Shown here piece by piece: positions 1-9,293 of a DNA stretch of 64,000 nt (positions within the stretch are counted from its first letter, which is position 1; every line of letters begins with the position of its first letter). The notes under the pieces are model-generated. The model was not told the origin of the DNA. It worked only from the letters and a program-made list of their open reading frames with translations, and searched no databases. The position numbers and the translations under genes were made by a program. The stretch covers positions 50,541 through 114,540 of the forward strand of contig JAFGVU010000003.1 in the NCBI GenBank assembly GCA_016937855.1, in the 5' to 3' direction. Origin of the DNA: Bacteroidales bacterium (lineage in GTDB: Bacteria; Bacteroidota; Bacteroidia; Bacteroidales; ML635J-15).

Positions 1-167
1 TTGTTTTCTTTAAAGGACGTTCTATTATTTATAAAGAACAAGGTGAAATCCTTTTGCTAAAATTAGCTCAGGATGTTGAAGATTATGGCAAAGTTGATCA
101 AATGCCAAAACTCGAAGGAAAGAAAATGCAAATTATTATATCACCAAAAGCGGCAAAGAAGAAGTAA
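1..167 (+). CDS. infC: Translation initiation factor IF-3, C-terminal fragment (5' end lies outside the window)
   Basis: Frame 3 is open from the window edge to TAA at 165-167. The translation ...[54 protein letters not shown] fits the IF-3 C-domain pattern. It is followed by rpmI-rplT, as in the conserved infC-rpmI-rplT operon. It is absent from the ORF track because it has no start in the window. Confidence 0.8.
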   Translation, partial: VFFKGRSIIYKEQGEILLLKLAQDVEDYGKVDQMPKLEGKKMQIIISPKAAKKK

Positions 168-187
168 TAACTAAAAATTTTAATGCG

Positions 188-385
188 ATGCCAAAAATGA
201 AAACTAAATCCGGTGCGAAGAAAAGATTTGTTCTGACTGGAACCGGTAAAATCAAAAGGAAACACGCTTATAAAAGCCATATCCTTACAAAAAAGTCAAC
301 AAAACGTAAAAGAGCTTTAACTCATTTTACTACTGTTAACGAGAGAGACCTAAAAAACATTAAGTTGTGTTTAGGAATGAAGTAA
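188..385 (+). CDS. rpmI: 50S ribosomal protein L35
   Basis: 65-aa very basic ORF with the N-terminus [14 protein letters not shown] typical of L35. It sits between infC and rplT. Confidence 0.95.
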   Translation: MPKMKTKSGAKKRFVLTGTGKIKRKHAYKSHILTKKSTKRKRALTHFTTVNERDLKNIKLCLGMK

Positions 386-464
386 AAAGTGTTTATTAAT
401 CAGAGTGATTTAGCCGAAAGATTCGTCCTTGGACGGACGCTAAACATTCGCAAAACGAAAAATT

Positions 465-809
465 ATGCCAAGAAGTGTTAATGTTGTTGCTGCAAGAAAC
501 AAAAGAAGAAAAGTTCTTAAGCAAACAAAAGGGTATTTTGGAGCTAGAAGTAAAGTTTGGACTGTTGCCAAAAATGCCTACGAAAAAGGGCTTACATACG
601 CCTACAGAGATAGAAAAAATAAAAAGAGAACCTTTAGAGGTCTATGGATTCAGCGTATTAACGCAGGTGCTCGCTTACATGGATTAAGTTATTCTCAGTT
701 TATGGGTAAAATTCATGCTAATAATATCGATCTTAACAGAAAAGTTTTAGCCGATTTAGCAATGAATCATCCAAAAGCTTTCGAAGCAATTTGTAAAAAA
801 TTGAAATAA
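465..809 (+). CDS. rplT: 50S ribosomal protein L20
   Basis: 114 aa. [30 protein letters not shown]...[23 protein letters not shown] is the classic L20 sequence. Confidence 0.95.
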   Translation: MPRSVNVVAARNKRRKVLKQTKGYFGARSKVWTVAKNAYEKGLTYAYRDRKNKKRTFRGLWIQRINAGARLHGLSYSQFMGKIHANNIDLNRKVLADLAMNHPKAFEAICKKLK

Positions 810-836
810 ATGAATGAATTTGCCGATTTTGGTTTA

Positions 837-866
837 ATGCTCGCTTAGGCGGGCATTTTTTTTTTA
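837..866 (+). terminator. Rho-independent terminator of the infC-rpmI-rplT operon
   Basis: Hairpin ATGCTCGC-TTAG-GCGGGCAT (8 bp with one G-U pair) is followed directly by a run of about 9 T, roughly 28 nt after the rplT stop. Confidence 0.75.
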
Positions 867-930
867 ATATTATTCTTGTTCTTGTAATCAACAAAATTTT
901 TTGAGTTTCTCGAAAAATTACCTATTATTT

Positions 931-1068
931 TTAAACATAAACCAAAAAAATCTTAGCAACAATAAAAACTCCTGATATTAAAAGTAACCATAATCCGGTA
1001 ATTGCGAACCGCAAAAAAGAAAAAGAACCGGCGTTTCGACCTGTGATATTTTCTTTCCTGTTTTTCAT
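931..1068 (-). CDS. Possible 45-aa small membrane protein (below the ORF-track length cut-off)
   Basis: Hand translation of the reverse strand gives MKNRKENITGRNAGSFSFLRFAITGLWLLLISGVFIVAKIFLVYV*. It has an ATG start and one clear hydrophobic helix. There is no homology evidence. Confidence 0.2.
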   Translation of the reverse strand: MKNRKENITGRNAGSFSFLRFAITGLWLLLISGVFIVAKIFLVYV

Positions 1069-1149
1069 TTTGATAGTTTTATTTGTTTATTATTAAAACG
1101 TTAATTTATATGCATGGTTGCTTGTGTTAGATGGGGCAAAAATAAAAAT

Positions 1150-1181
1150 TTTGACTCATCAAACTAAAATTACTATATTTG
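1150..1181 (+). promoter_or_regulatory. Bacteroidetes sigma-A type promoter (-33 TTTG / -7 TAnnTTTG)
   Basis: TTTG at 1150-1153, a 20-nt spacer, then TATATTTG at 1174-1181. This places the TTG ORF-track start (1179) inside the promoter and favours ATG 1209 as the true start. Confidence 0.5.
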
Positions 1182-1208
1182 TTGAATAATAATCGACCAA
1201 GTACGTGT

Positions 1209-2243
1209 ATGAGAAAAAATCTCTTTTTTGTGTTGGCTGTTTTGTGTAGCATCACAATAAATGCTCAGGAAGTTGATGTGTATTTAATTCCCGAAAACGT
1301 AGAAACACTGATGCAAAATAACGAAAATGTCTTTTTTGAACCGATACTTTATGAGGATATAGTCGATTTTCCCGGAATATCCGAAACTGACAGAAGATTT
1401 GGACTTAACCAAGAGGAACAAGATATTGCTAATTCTCAGAATGTTTTTACTGTTTTTGATTTAGATGCCGAGTTTGGTTGGAGTAAAACTTCAAAATATG
1501 TAAATATTCCTCTTTCTTATTATTACAAGAATTTCGAAATGTCATTAAAAATGCCTTTTTACTTCCAACGTAGGGTGCTATATTCTCATGGATATGTGTC
1601 GGCTTATGGTTTGGGAGATTTGGTGTTGAGTGCAGCTTGGAAGTTCTATAAGCCGGGTGTTTATAATCACATATCGGCTAATTTGAGTTTTCCTACCGGA
1701 AATCAAAACAAAAACTCTGACGGTTATTTATGTCCACTTGGTACTGGTAGTTATGATTTGATTTTTACTGATAGATTTCAATTTAATCAGCCAAAATATT
1801 CAATTAATGCAATTCTTACATACCGTTATTCGGGCGATTCGCAAAGAAAAGTTATTATTAGTTATCCTGATTTGGGTGGAACTGAAACAATAAACTACTA
1901 TCTAAATAATGGACACACTGTCGTGTTTAATTCATCATATAATCACTATATAACAAACTTTTTTTCTGTTTTTGGAGGTCTTACATTGATGAAGAATATT
2001 AGTGGAGATTTGTCCAGAGAGCAGATTTGCTCTTGGAACCCTGAGATTGTTAGAACAATTTCTGAGGGGGCATATCGTGAATTTTTTATTTTTGACGCTA
2101 AGTTGGCAACTTCTGTTAATATTTACGCAACTGATGTTGTTCTGGTGATGACAATTCCGATTTATACAGATTATAAAACACAAAGTGTTTCAAGTGACCG
2201 AAAAATTGGATTTTATCTTAAACTTAGTCGTAATATTTTTTAA
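1209..2243 (+). CDS. Outer-membrane beta-barrel protein, MetA-pathway/phenol-degradation-like transporter family (putative)
   Basis: Signal peptide MRKNLFFVLAVLCSITINAQ. Motifs YGLGDLVLSA and FPTGNQ...CPLGTGSYD resemble those of the Phenol_MetA_deg OM channel family. Alternating beta-strand pattern with a C-terminal aromatic residue (NIF). The ORF track begins at 1179 (TTG). Confidence 0.5.
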   Translation: MRKNLFFVLAVLCSITINAQEVDVYLIPENVETLMQNNENVFFEPILYEDIVDFPGISETDRRFGLNQEEQDIANSQNVFTVFDLDAEFGWSKTSKYVNIPLSYYYKNFEMSLKMPFYFQRRVLYSHGYVSAYGLGDLVLSAAWKFYKPGVYNHISANLSFPTGNQNKNSDGYLCPLGTGSYDLIFTDRFQFNQPKYSINAILTYRYSGDSQRKVIISYPDLGGTETINYYLNNGHTVVFNSSYNHYITNFFSVFGGLTLMKNISGDLSREQICSWNPEIVRTISEGAYREFFIFDAKLATSVNIYATDVVLVMTIPIYTDYKTQSVSSDRKIGFYLKLSRNIF

Positions 2244-2249
2244 TAATTT

Positions 2250-4385
2250 ATGAAAAATAATTCAAGGGAAATATTGATTTATGTGTTTATTATCACCTTT
2301 GTATTTTTATCTTGCCAAAGAGATGAAATTATCGAAATTAAACCTATGGTCTCATTACAATTAGAGATTAAATCATCACAATATAAAATTGAATTTCCAG
2401 ATACTTTCGTAGCCAAGATTGAAATTTTGCAGATAAGTCAAACAGACTACAATAAACCTGTTAAAACTGATAGTATTACTTTTGTTCGTCAGGATTTAGG
2501 GAATCACAGGTCACAAGGAAGCATCGAGGTGCCTTTGGAAACATACTTTATTATTGCTATTTATGCCAATATTGATGAAATTGAATTGCATGGCAAAACC
2601 GATACAATATTTATCAGTACTGATACCGACCAAGCTTTGGTTTCTAAAGTGTATTTAACTACCGGTCACATAATCATCGACGAGTGTGTTGTTGCAGGTG
2701 TTAGCTTAAATTCCGCTCTTGTTTCATCAAAAATTATTGATAATGGAGGAAAAGATATTGTTGAATATGGTTTTGCATGGACCACCGATAATAATGCTGC
2801 AATTGATAATAATATTGGTTCTTTATCGGAAAACAGCGATATTATGGGAAGTTTTCAACGACTAATTGAGGGGCTTAATCCCAATACAACCTATTATATT
2901 GCTGCTTTTGCATCAAATGGAAGTGAGGTTGTATATAGCGAACGGGTGAGCTTTTCGACTGCAGCCAATACCACCCCTGTAGTATTGACAACTAATCCAA
3001 TAGTTGGAGTTACATCAAGTTCTGCAACAGCCTCTGCTACTTTTAATGATAATGGTGGGCGGATAATATCAGAGAAGGGGTTTGTATGGGCAACATATTC
3101 CAATCCCGAAATAGGAAATAATGAAGGAGTTTCTTTCGAAGGTGTTGGATCCAATGATTTTTCGTCAACTCTTGAAAGTTTGGCTGAAGTTACAACTTAC
3201 TATGTTCGCTCTTATGTTGAGACAATTGAAGGAGAAATTTATTATGGGAACGAAGTAAGCTTTATAACTTTGGCTAGTACTTCAGCTGTAATATTGTCAA
3301 CCGATCCAATTTTGGGAATAACATCTAATTCTGCTACTGCATCTGCAACCTTTACCGATGATGGAGGTCAGGCAATTGCTGAAAAAGGGTTTGTTTGGGC
3401 TACATATACCAATCCTGAAGTTGCCAATAACGAAGGTGTTTCTTTTGAAGGTGGCGGTGTAAGTGATTTTTCATCCTCTTTGTCTGGATTGTTAGATGGT
3501 ACGGTTTATTATGTGCGATCCTATGCCGAAACTGCAGAAGGAGAAGTGTTTTATGGAAACGAAGTTAGCTTTACGACTGTTTTATTAACCCCTCCACAAA
3601 CGATAAATTTCTTCATTAACGAAGTATTATTACATTCTGCAAAAATTATCGTGAATATAGGAAGTGACGGAGGATCTAATATCGTGTCTAAAGGTGTTAT
3701 ATTTAGTCAAACTCCAAATCCTGATATTGATAATAATGAAGGAATGACAGATGAAGGTGGGGGAGTTGCGCAAATCGAATCACTTGTTTCGGGTTTAAAT
3801 GCAGGAGTCGTTTATTATGCTAAATGTTATGCAGCAAACGATGTTGGGGTTGCATACAGCGAAGAGTTTAATTTTACAACATTAACAATTGGAGATATTG
3901 GACCTGGAGGAGGAATAATTTTTTATGATGATGGTGTTATTGGAGGAATGGAAGTAGGTGATGTTCCTGCTGAAATTGTAATACAATGGGGGTGCTCATC
4001 GTTGTTGGCAAATACTCCTTCGTCAATTGTTGGTAGTGGTCTTTCCAACACTCAAACAATTATTGAATTTCATAATGGATTAACGGATTATGTTGGAAAT
4101 CCTGTGCAGTGCGACGCTGCTAATGATGGAACAATAGCTGCTTTCTATTGCGATTCTTATTCCCAAAATTCGTATGATGATTGGTTTTTGCCTTCATTGG
4201 ATGAGTTGTTTTTGATTTATACAAATCTTCATGCATTTGGGATTGGAGATTTTAATGAAGATTTTTATTGGTCTTCTACAGAAACAGACGCCATAAATGC
4301 CAAAGCTATTGACTTTTGGAAAGGAACAGAATTAGACATGTCGAAAACCAGTAGTTTTTGGGTAAGGCCTGTGAGAAAATTGTAA
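2250..4385 (+). CDS. Surface lipoprotein with four tandem about 100-aa beta-sandwich-like repeats and a C-terminal DUF1566 (Lcl C-terminal-like) domain
   Basis: Lipobox FVFLSC (Cys22). Four repeats share the pattern ...DNGG..I.EKGF.W......I.NNEG......G.......L.GL...T.YYVR.Y......E..YG.EV.F.T. The C-terminus carries DDWFLPSLDELFLIY...YWSSTE...VRPVRKL, typical of DUF1566. Confidence 0.7.
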   Translation: MKNNSREILIYVFIITFVFLSCQRDEIIEIKPMVSLQLEIKSSQYKIEFPDTFVAKIEILQISQTDYNKPVKTDSITFVRQDLGNHRSQGSIEVPLETYFIIAIYANIDEIELHGKTDTIFISTDTDQALVSKVYLTTGHIIIDECVVAGVSLNSALVSSKIIDNGGKDIVEYGFAWTTDNNAAIDNNIGSLSENSDIMGSFQRLIEGLNPNTTYYIAAFASNGSEVVYSERVSFSTAANTTPVVLTTNPIVGVTSSSATASATFNDNGGRIISEKGFVWATYSNPEIGNNEGVSFEGVGSNDFSSTLESLAEVTTYYVRSYVETIEGEIYYGNEVSFITLASTSAVILSTDPILGITSNSATASATFTDDGGQAIAEKGFVWATYTNPEVANNEGVSFEGGGVSDFSSSLSGLLDGTVYYVRSYAETAEGEVFYGNEVSFTTVLLTPPQTINFFINEVLLHSAKIIVNIGSDGGSNIVSKGVIFSQTPNPDIDNNEGMTDEGGGVAQIESLVSGLNAGVVYYAKCYAANDVGVAYSEEFNFTTLTIGDIGPGGGIIFYDDGVIGGMEVGDVPAEIVIQWGCSSLLANTPSSIVGSGLSNTQTIIEFHNGLTDYVGNPVQCDAANDGTIAAFYCDSYSQNSYDDWFLPSLDELFLIYTNLHAFGIGDFNEDFYWSSTETDAINAKAIDFWKGTELDMSKTSSFWVRPVRKL
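2682..3884 (+). repeat. Four in-frame coding repeats (about 300 bp each) inside the DUF1566 lipoprotein gene
   Basis: Repeat copies lie at about aa 145-237, 242-341, 342-443 and 450-545. The two central copies (nt 2973-3272 and 3273-3578) are clearly the most similar to each other by eye. Confidence 0.7.
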
Positions 4386-4387
4386 TT

Positions 4388-5122
4388 TTAGCCCATTAAA
4401 ATCTTCAGTAAACCTTCTTTTTTGCGTCTTGAGACATCAACATGAGAGCCATCTTCGAGAATTAAGTAGCCACCTTCTCCGGGAACATATTTAACAACGT
4501 ACGAAAGGTTTACTAAATGAGATTTATGTGCTCGGTAAAAAGTATTGCCTGCAAGCATGGTTTCGTATTCTTTTAGGGTTTTAGAAACTAATACTTTTTC
4601 TTTATTTATGAGATAAAACATCGTGTAATTATTGTCTGACTCACATCTTACGACATCTTTTATTTTTACAAAACGTACACCATCAGATGCAGGTAGAGCA
4701 ATTTTATCCAGACTGTTATAATTAGAAATAAGAAAATCAATCTTGCTTTCGAAAGAATTGTTTTGTTCCATATTCTTTACTCTTTCGATAGCCTCAACAA
4801 GGCTGTCTGGGTCAACAGGTTTAAGTATGTAGTCAACAGCACTAAATTTAATAGCTTTAATTGCATAATTGTCAAAAGAAGTTACAAATATTACTTTAAA
4901 ATCTATTTTATCTAGTTTTTCAAGCAGGTCGAATCCATTTCCGTCCTGCATTTGAATATCGAGTAAAACAAGTTCCGGATTTAGTTTTTTTATAGCTTCA
5001 ATTCCTGTTTTAACCGAATCTGCTTCACCAATAATCTCGACTTCTGAACAATAACTGTTAATGAAATTCTTTAAAACATTACGTCCGTTGCTCTCGTCAT
5101 CAATTATTAATATCCGAATCAT
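4388..5122 (-). CDS. LytTR/AlgR-family two-component response regulator
   Basis: N-terminal receiver domain (MIRILIIDDE...LVLLDIQMQDGNGFDLL) and C-terminal LytTR DNA-binding domain (...FYRAHKSHLVNLSYV...). No kinase gene is adjacent. Confidence 0.85.
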   Translation of the reverse strand: MIRILIIDDESNGRNVLKNFINSYCSEVEIIGEADSVKTGIEAIKKLNPELVLLDIQMQDGNGFDLLEKLDKIDFKVIFVTSFDNYAIKAIKFSAVDYILKPVDPDSLVEAIERVKNMEQNNSFESKIDFLISNYNSLDKIALPASDGVRFVKIKDVVRCESDNNYTMFYLINKEKVLVSKTLKEYETMLAGNTFYRAHKSHLVNLSYVVKYVPGEGGYLILEDGSHVDVSRRKKEGLLKILMG

Positions 5123-5134
5123 ATTAGTTTTGTT

Positions 5135-5842
5135 TTATAGTTCGACAATATCAATGGTTTCTTCAAAAACTTGGTTTACTTTGGCATTTTCACAAATATA
5201 AACTTTTCCTGGATATTTTTTTAAGAGATTGTAATTGTGAGTAACCATTATTACAGATTTGCCTGAGTCTTTTAGTCGGTATAAAATATCCATTACTTGT
5301 GAGGCACTTTCAGGATCTAAATTTCCTGTTGGTTCATCGGCAAATATTATTGGAGGATTGTTAAGCAATGCCCTTGCAATACTAATTGATTGCTTTTCGC
5401 CACCAGATAGTTTTGCTGGAATAGATAGTTTTTTATCTAACATTCCAACCATTTCTAGTACTTCGTTAATTCGAATGTCTATATCGACTTTGTTTTTCCA
5501 ATCGGTAGCCTTTAGAACAAATTGCAGATTGTTATACACATTTCTGTCTGACATTAGTTCAAAATCCTGAAAAACCATTCCAATCTTTCGTCTTAATAAA
5601 GGGATGTGTTTGTTTTTTATTTTGTCGAGATTATATCCGGCAACATATGCCGATCCGTCTATGATTGAGAGCTCGCCGTATAGAGTTTTTAGCAAACTGG
5701 TTTTTCCGCTACCTACTTTTCCAATCAAATACACAAACTCGCCCACATCTACACTTATATTAACTCCTTCTAAAATTTGTGTCTCTTCCTGAAATACTGA
5801 TAGATTATCAGTTTTTAGCAATAATGTTGATTCTTTATCCAT
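5135..5842 (-). CDS. ftsE: ABC transporter ATP-binding protein, FtsE-like
   Basis: Walker A GKVGSGKTSLLK, ABC signature LSGGEKQSISIARAL, Walker B IIFADEPTGNLD, H-loop MVTHN. Size and sequence resemble FtsE. No permease gene is adjacent, so the symbol is tentative. Confidence 0.6.
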   Translation of the reverse strand: MDKESTLLLKTDNLSVFQEETQILEGVNISVDVGEFVYLIGKVGSGKTSLLKTLYGELSIIDGSAYVAGYNLDKIKNKHIPLLRRKIGMVFQDFELMSDRNVYNNLQFVLKATDWKNKVDIDIRINEVLEMVGMLDKKLSIPAKLSGGEKQSISIARALLNNPPIIFADEPTGNLDPESASQVMDILYRLKDSGKSVIMVTHNYNLLKKYPGKVYICENAKVNQVFEETIDIVEL

Positions 5843-6110
5843 AATGGTGTTCTATTTGTCGAAAAATTCAAAAATCATTTACAAATCTAAAAATAATATA
5901 CAATATAGCTGCTTGTTTTCGTTTTAGAAATAAACAATCTTATGTTAATTAAAACTGTTGCCGCTTGTTTACATTTATTTATTTAAATATTAGATTTGAC
6001 GAAGATTTTGACCCGACGAGAAAGTAGTGATTTTGAAATTTTGCTGCCTTGTTGTGGGTTGTTTTACTTACTATAGTCTATAAATATTATAAACTGAAAA
6101 AAGAATAAAT

Positions 6111-9100
6111 ATGTTATTTAAATTCAGATTTTACGCTGTCTTGATTTTAATGCTTTCTGGTCTTTGTGCATTTGCTCAACAAACCGGAAAATATGTCGAG
6201 CCCGACTTTACTTTCACTACAGCAATGGAACTTTACGAAAAAGGAATGTATGTTCCGGCTCAGAAAATGTTTGCAGAGATTTTGTTGCACGAAGGTCAGG
6301 AACATTCTTCGTACAAGGACGATGCCGCTTATTACATAGCTTTGTGTTCTATGCATTTGTTTAATTACGATGCCGAATATCAATTGCAATCATTTATCGA
6401 AGGGCATCCTGAAAGCTATAATAATAATAATGCAGCTTTTCAGATGGCTAATTATCATTTTCGGAATCGAAAGTTTAAAAATGCAATCGAATGGTACGAT
6501 AAAACTGACCGAATGAGTCTAAATGACGAAGAGCAGAGTGAGTATTTTTTCAAATTAGGGTTTAGTCATTTTGCACGAAATGATTTCGACAGGGCAGCAA
6601 AAGCATTTTATGAATCAAAAGATGCAAAAACAATTTATGGACCAATGTCGCTTTACTTTTATTCGCATATAAAATATATTAGTAAACAATATCAAACGGC
6701 TTTGTTAGGGTTTTTGGAACTTGAAAAAGAACCTGCTTTTTCCTCAATAGCACCTTATTATATTTCGCAGATTTATTTTATGCAGGAAAAATACGACGAC
6801 TTAATAAAATATGCTCCGGCATTATTGGATACTGTTAGTGGTGCAAGAGCTGCCGAAATATCAAAACTCTTAGGAACTGCTTATTATAGAACAGGAAAGT
6901 ATGCCGAGGCAATACCTTATTTAAATACATATATGCAAAATACAGCCTCAAAATCAGACTTTGATTATTACGAATTGGGTTTTGCTTATTATAACACACA
7001 ACAATATGAAAATGCAGCCAACTCCTTTAAAAAAATCACAAATATGAAGGATACTTTGTCTCAGAATGCAGCATATCATATGGGTGATTGTTATTTGAAA
7101 ATGGGACAATTAGTAGAAGCTAGACGCTCGTTTGAAACAGCATCTTTATATAACTTTAATCCGGTAATTAAAGAGGATGCTCTTTTTAACTTTGCACAAT
7201 TGTGTTTTGAGCTATCACTTTCTCCATTTAACGAAGCAATTAACGCTTTCTCACAGTATATTAAAGAGTATCCAAACTCTGTGAGATTAGATAAAGCTTA
7301 TGATTACTTGCTTGCAGCATTTTTGAGTACAAAAAATTATGCAGGAGCTATTGCTACCATCGAAAAAATGCCAAATCGAAATCTTAAAATTGATGAAGCC
7401 TATCAAAGATTGGCTTATTTTAGAGGATTGGAACATTTTACAGAGCTAAAATACAATGAAGCTATTGTGATGTTTGATAAGTCTTTGGAATATAAAATTT
7501 ATGATAAAAATATCGAGGCGCTTGCCCGTTTCTGGAAAGCTGAATCAAATATGAGACTAGGTAATGTTGATGATGCAATTTCTCAATTCAAAGAGTTTGT
7601 TTCTGCAACAGGATCGGTTAGTCTCGAAGAGTATGGAAAAGCTCATTATAACTTGGGGTATGCTTATTTTAATAAAAAACAATATGCATTAGCAAACTCA
7701 TGGTTTCGAAAGTTTGAAATGCAACCAGGATTCTCAAATACTGCAATTATGAACGATGCCTTAAACAGGATTGGTGATTGTTATTATATTGATAAAGAAT
7801 TTGCACCGGCATCTGAATACTATAAAAAAGCTGCCGATATCGGACTAATAGAGTCTGATTATACTTTGTATCAAATGGCTCTTTCGTTTGGAGGACAAAA
7901 AGATTACCAAAAGAAAATTTGGTCGTTACGACGTTTGGTTAACGATCATCCTGAATCTGAATATGTTGGGAATGCACATTTCGAAATTGGGAGAACTTAT
8001 CAGACAAGCCTGAATAACGCCGATTCTGCAATGTATTATTATAACAGACTAATAAATAATTATCCTACTTCTAGTATGAAAAAAGCTGCCATGTCTAGCT
8101 TAGGGTCAATTTATTTCAATCAAAGAAGTTTTAATAAAGCTTTAGAAATATACAAAAGTATTATTGCAGAGTTCCCAAATACAGAGGAGGCTTCAAATGC
8201 GAATACGATGATTCGAGAGATATATATCGAGCTTGATAATCCAGATGAGTACATCGAGTATGCAAATAGTGGAGCTATTGATATTAGCGAAGATGAACAA
8301 GATGAAATAATGTGGCTTGCAGCAAAAAAACTCTACATCGATCAAAAATTTAACGAAGCTCTGATTTCATTAACAAACTATTTAACAAAATTTCCGAATG
8401 GAAAATTCTATATCGAAGCAAATTATTTTAAAGCCGAGTTGCATTTCTATTTCGAAGAAAAAGAACCAGCCTTAGTTTGCTATCGTGTTGTGGCTGATGC
8501 TCCTCGTGGTTCATACACCGAAGAAAGTACTATAAAAGCTGCAAGTATTTTGTTTGACAAAGAGGATTGGGAGACAGCCTTTAATTATTATCAAAAATTG
8601 TATCCGCTTGCCGAAAACAAATCTACAAAACTTATCGCAGCGATAGGTAGGCTAAGATGTGCGTACAATATCGAAAACTGGGATAATGTAATTGCAGCAG
8701 CATCTGATGTTATCGAAAATAGTAAATCGAACGAAGAACAAAAACGCGAATCTCATTACAAAATGGCAAAAGCTTATTACGCTAAGGATAATAAAATTCG
8801 TGCTTTACCAATGTTCGAATCTCTCGCTCAGGAAGTTGTAAGTTATGAAGGAGCTGAAGCTAAATACAGAGTGGCTGAGATAAATTATAAACTTAAAAAC
8901 GATTCGATTGCCGAAAATTTGATTTATGAATTTGCTCAAATGAATTCTCCGCAAGCTTATTGGTTAGCTAAGGCATTTATTCTTTTGAGTGATATTTATT
9001 ATGGATATGGCGACAATTTCTCAGCAAAACACACTCTTCAAACAGTGTTAAACAACTATGCCAACGAAACAGATGGGATAAAAGATTTGGCTAGCGAAAA

Positions 9101-9293
9101 GTTAGCAAAAATACTTGACGAAGAACAAGCAGCACAAGGCGACGAAGACTTGTTGGATTTGAGAATAAATCTAATTGAAGAGGATAGTGAAGATAAAGAA
9201 CTATTTGAAGAAGAAAATGTAATAGATCTTCCAAAACCAGCTGAAATCGACACACAAAACAAAAATAATAGAGAAATAAATGAAAACGAATAA
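6111..9293 (+). CDS. Large (1060 aa) secreted tetratricopeptide-repeat protein
   Basis: Signal peptide MLFKFRFYAVLILMLSGLCAFAQ. The whole length consists of TPR/YbgF-like A..Y..A...Y repeats, with an acidic C-terminal tail. Confidence 0.65.
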   Translation: MLFKFRFYAVLILMLSGLCAFAQQTGKYVEPDFTFTTAMELYEKGMYVPAQKMFAEILLHEGQEHSSYKDDAAYYIALCSMHLFNYDAEYQLQSFIEGHPESYNNNNAAFQMANYHFRNRKFKNAIEWYDKTDRMSLNDEEQSEYFFKLGFSHFARNDFDRAAKAFYESKDAKTIYGPMSLYFYSHIKYISKQYQTALLGFLELEKEPAFSSIAPYYISQIYFMQEKYDDLIKYAPALLDTVSGARAAEISKLLGTAYYRTGKYAEAIPYLNTYMQNTASKSDFDYYELGFAYYNTQQYENAANSFKKITNMKDTLSQNAAYHMGDCYLKMGQLVEARRSFETASLYNFNPVIKEDALFNFAQLCFELSLSPFNEAINAFSQYIKEYPNSVRLDKAYDYLLAAFLSTKNYAGAIATIEKMPNRNLKIDEAYQRLAYFRGLEHFTELKYNEAIVMFDKSLEYKIYDKNIEALARFWKAESNMRLGNVDDAISQFKEFVSATGSVSLEEYGKAHYNLGYAYFNKKQYALANSWFRKFEMQPGFSNTAIMNDALNRIGDCYYIDKEFAPASEYYKKAADIGLIESDYTLYQMALSFGGQKDYQKKIWSLRRLVNDHPESEYVGNAHFEIGRTYQTSLNNADSAMYYYNRLINNYPTSSMKKAAMSSLGSIYFNQRSFNKALEIYKSIIAEFPNTEEASNANTMIREIYIELDNPDEYIEYANSGAIDISEDEQDEIMWLAAKKLYIDQKFNEALISLTNYLTKFPNGKFYIEANYFKAELHFYFEEKEPALVCYRVVADAPRGSYTEESTIKAASILFDKEDWETAFNYYQKLYPLAENKSTKLIAAIGRLRCAYNIENWDNVIAAASDVIENSKSNEEQKRESHYKMAKAYYAKDNKIRALPMFESLAQEVVSYEGAEAKYRVAEINYKLKNDSIAENLIYEFAQMNSPQAYWLAKAFILLSDIYYGYGDNFSAKHTLQTVLNNYANETDGIKDLASEKLAKILDEEQAAQGDEDLLDLRINLIEEDSEDKELFEEENVIDLPKPAEIDTQNKNNREINENE

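Noticed and set aside
386-464. L20-binding autoregulatory leader between rpmI and rplT (small hairpins CGTCC-N6-GGACG, CGAA-AGA-TTCG, TTCG-N5-CGAA).
   Set aside because: The stems are only 4-5 bp. Known L20 leaders lie upstream of infC or rpmI rather than here. I have no conservation evidence.
6111-9293. Assigning the 1060-aa TPR protein to the T9SS/gliding component SprE/PorW.
   Set aside because: TPR content and size class alone are not diagnostic. There is no lipobox (the signal peptide ends ...CAFAQQ) and no neighbouring T9SS or gliding genes. I left it as a generic TPR protein.
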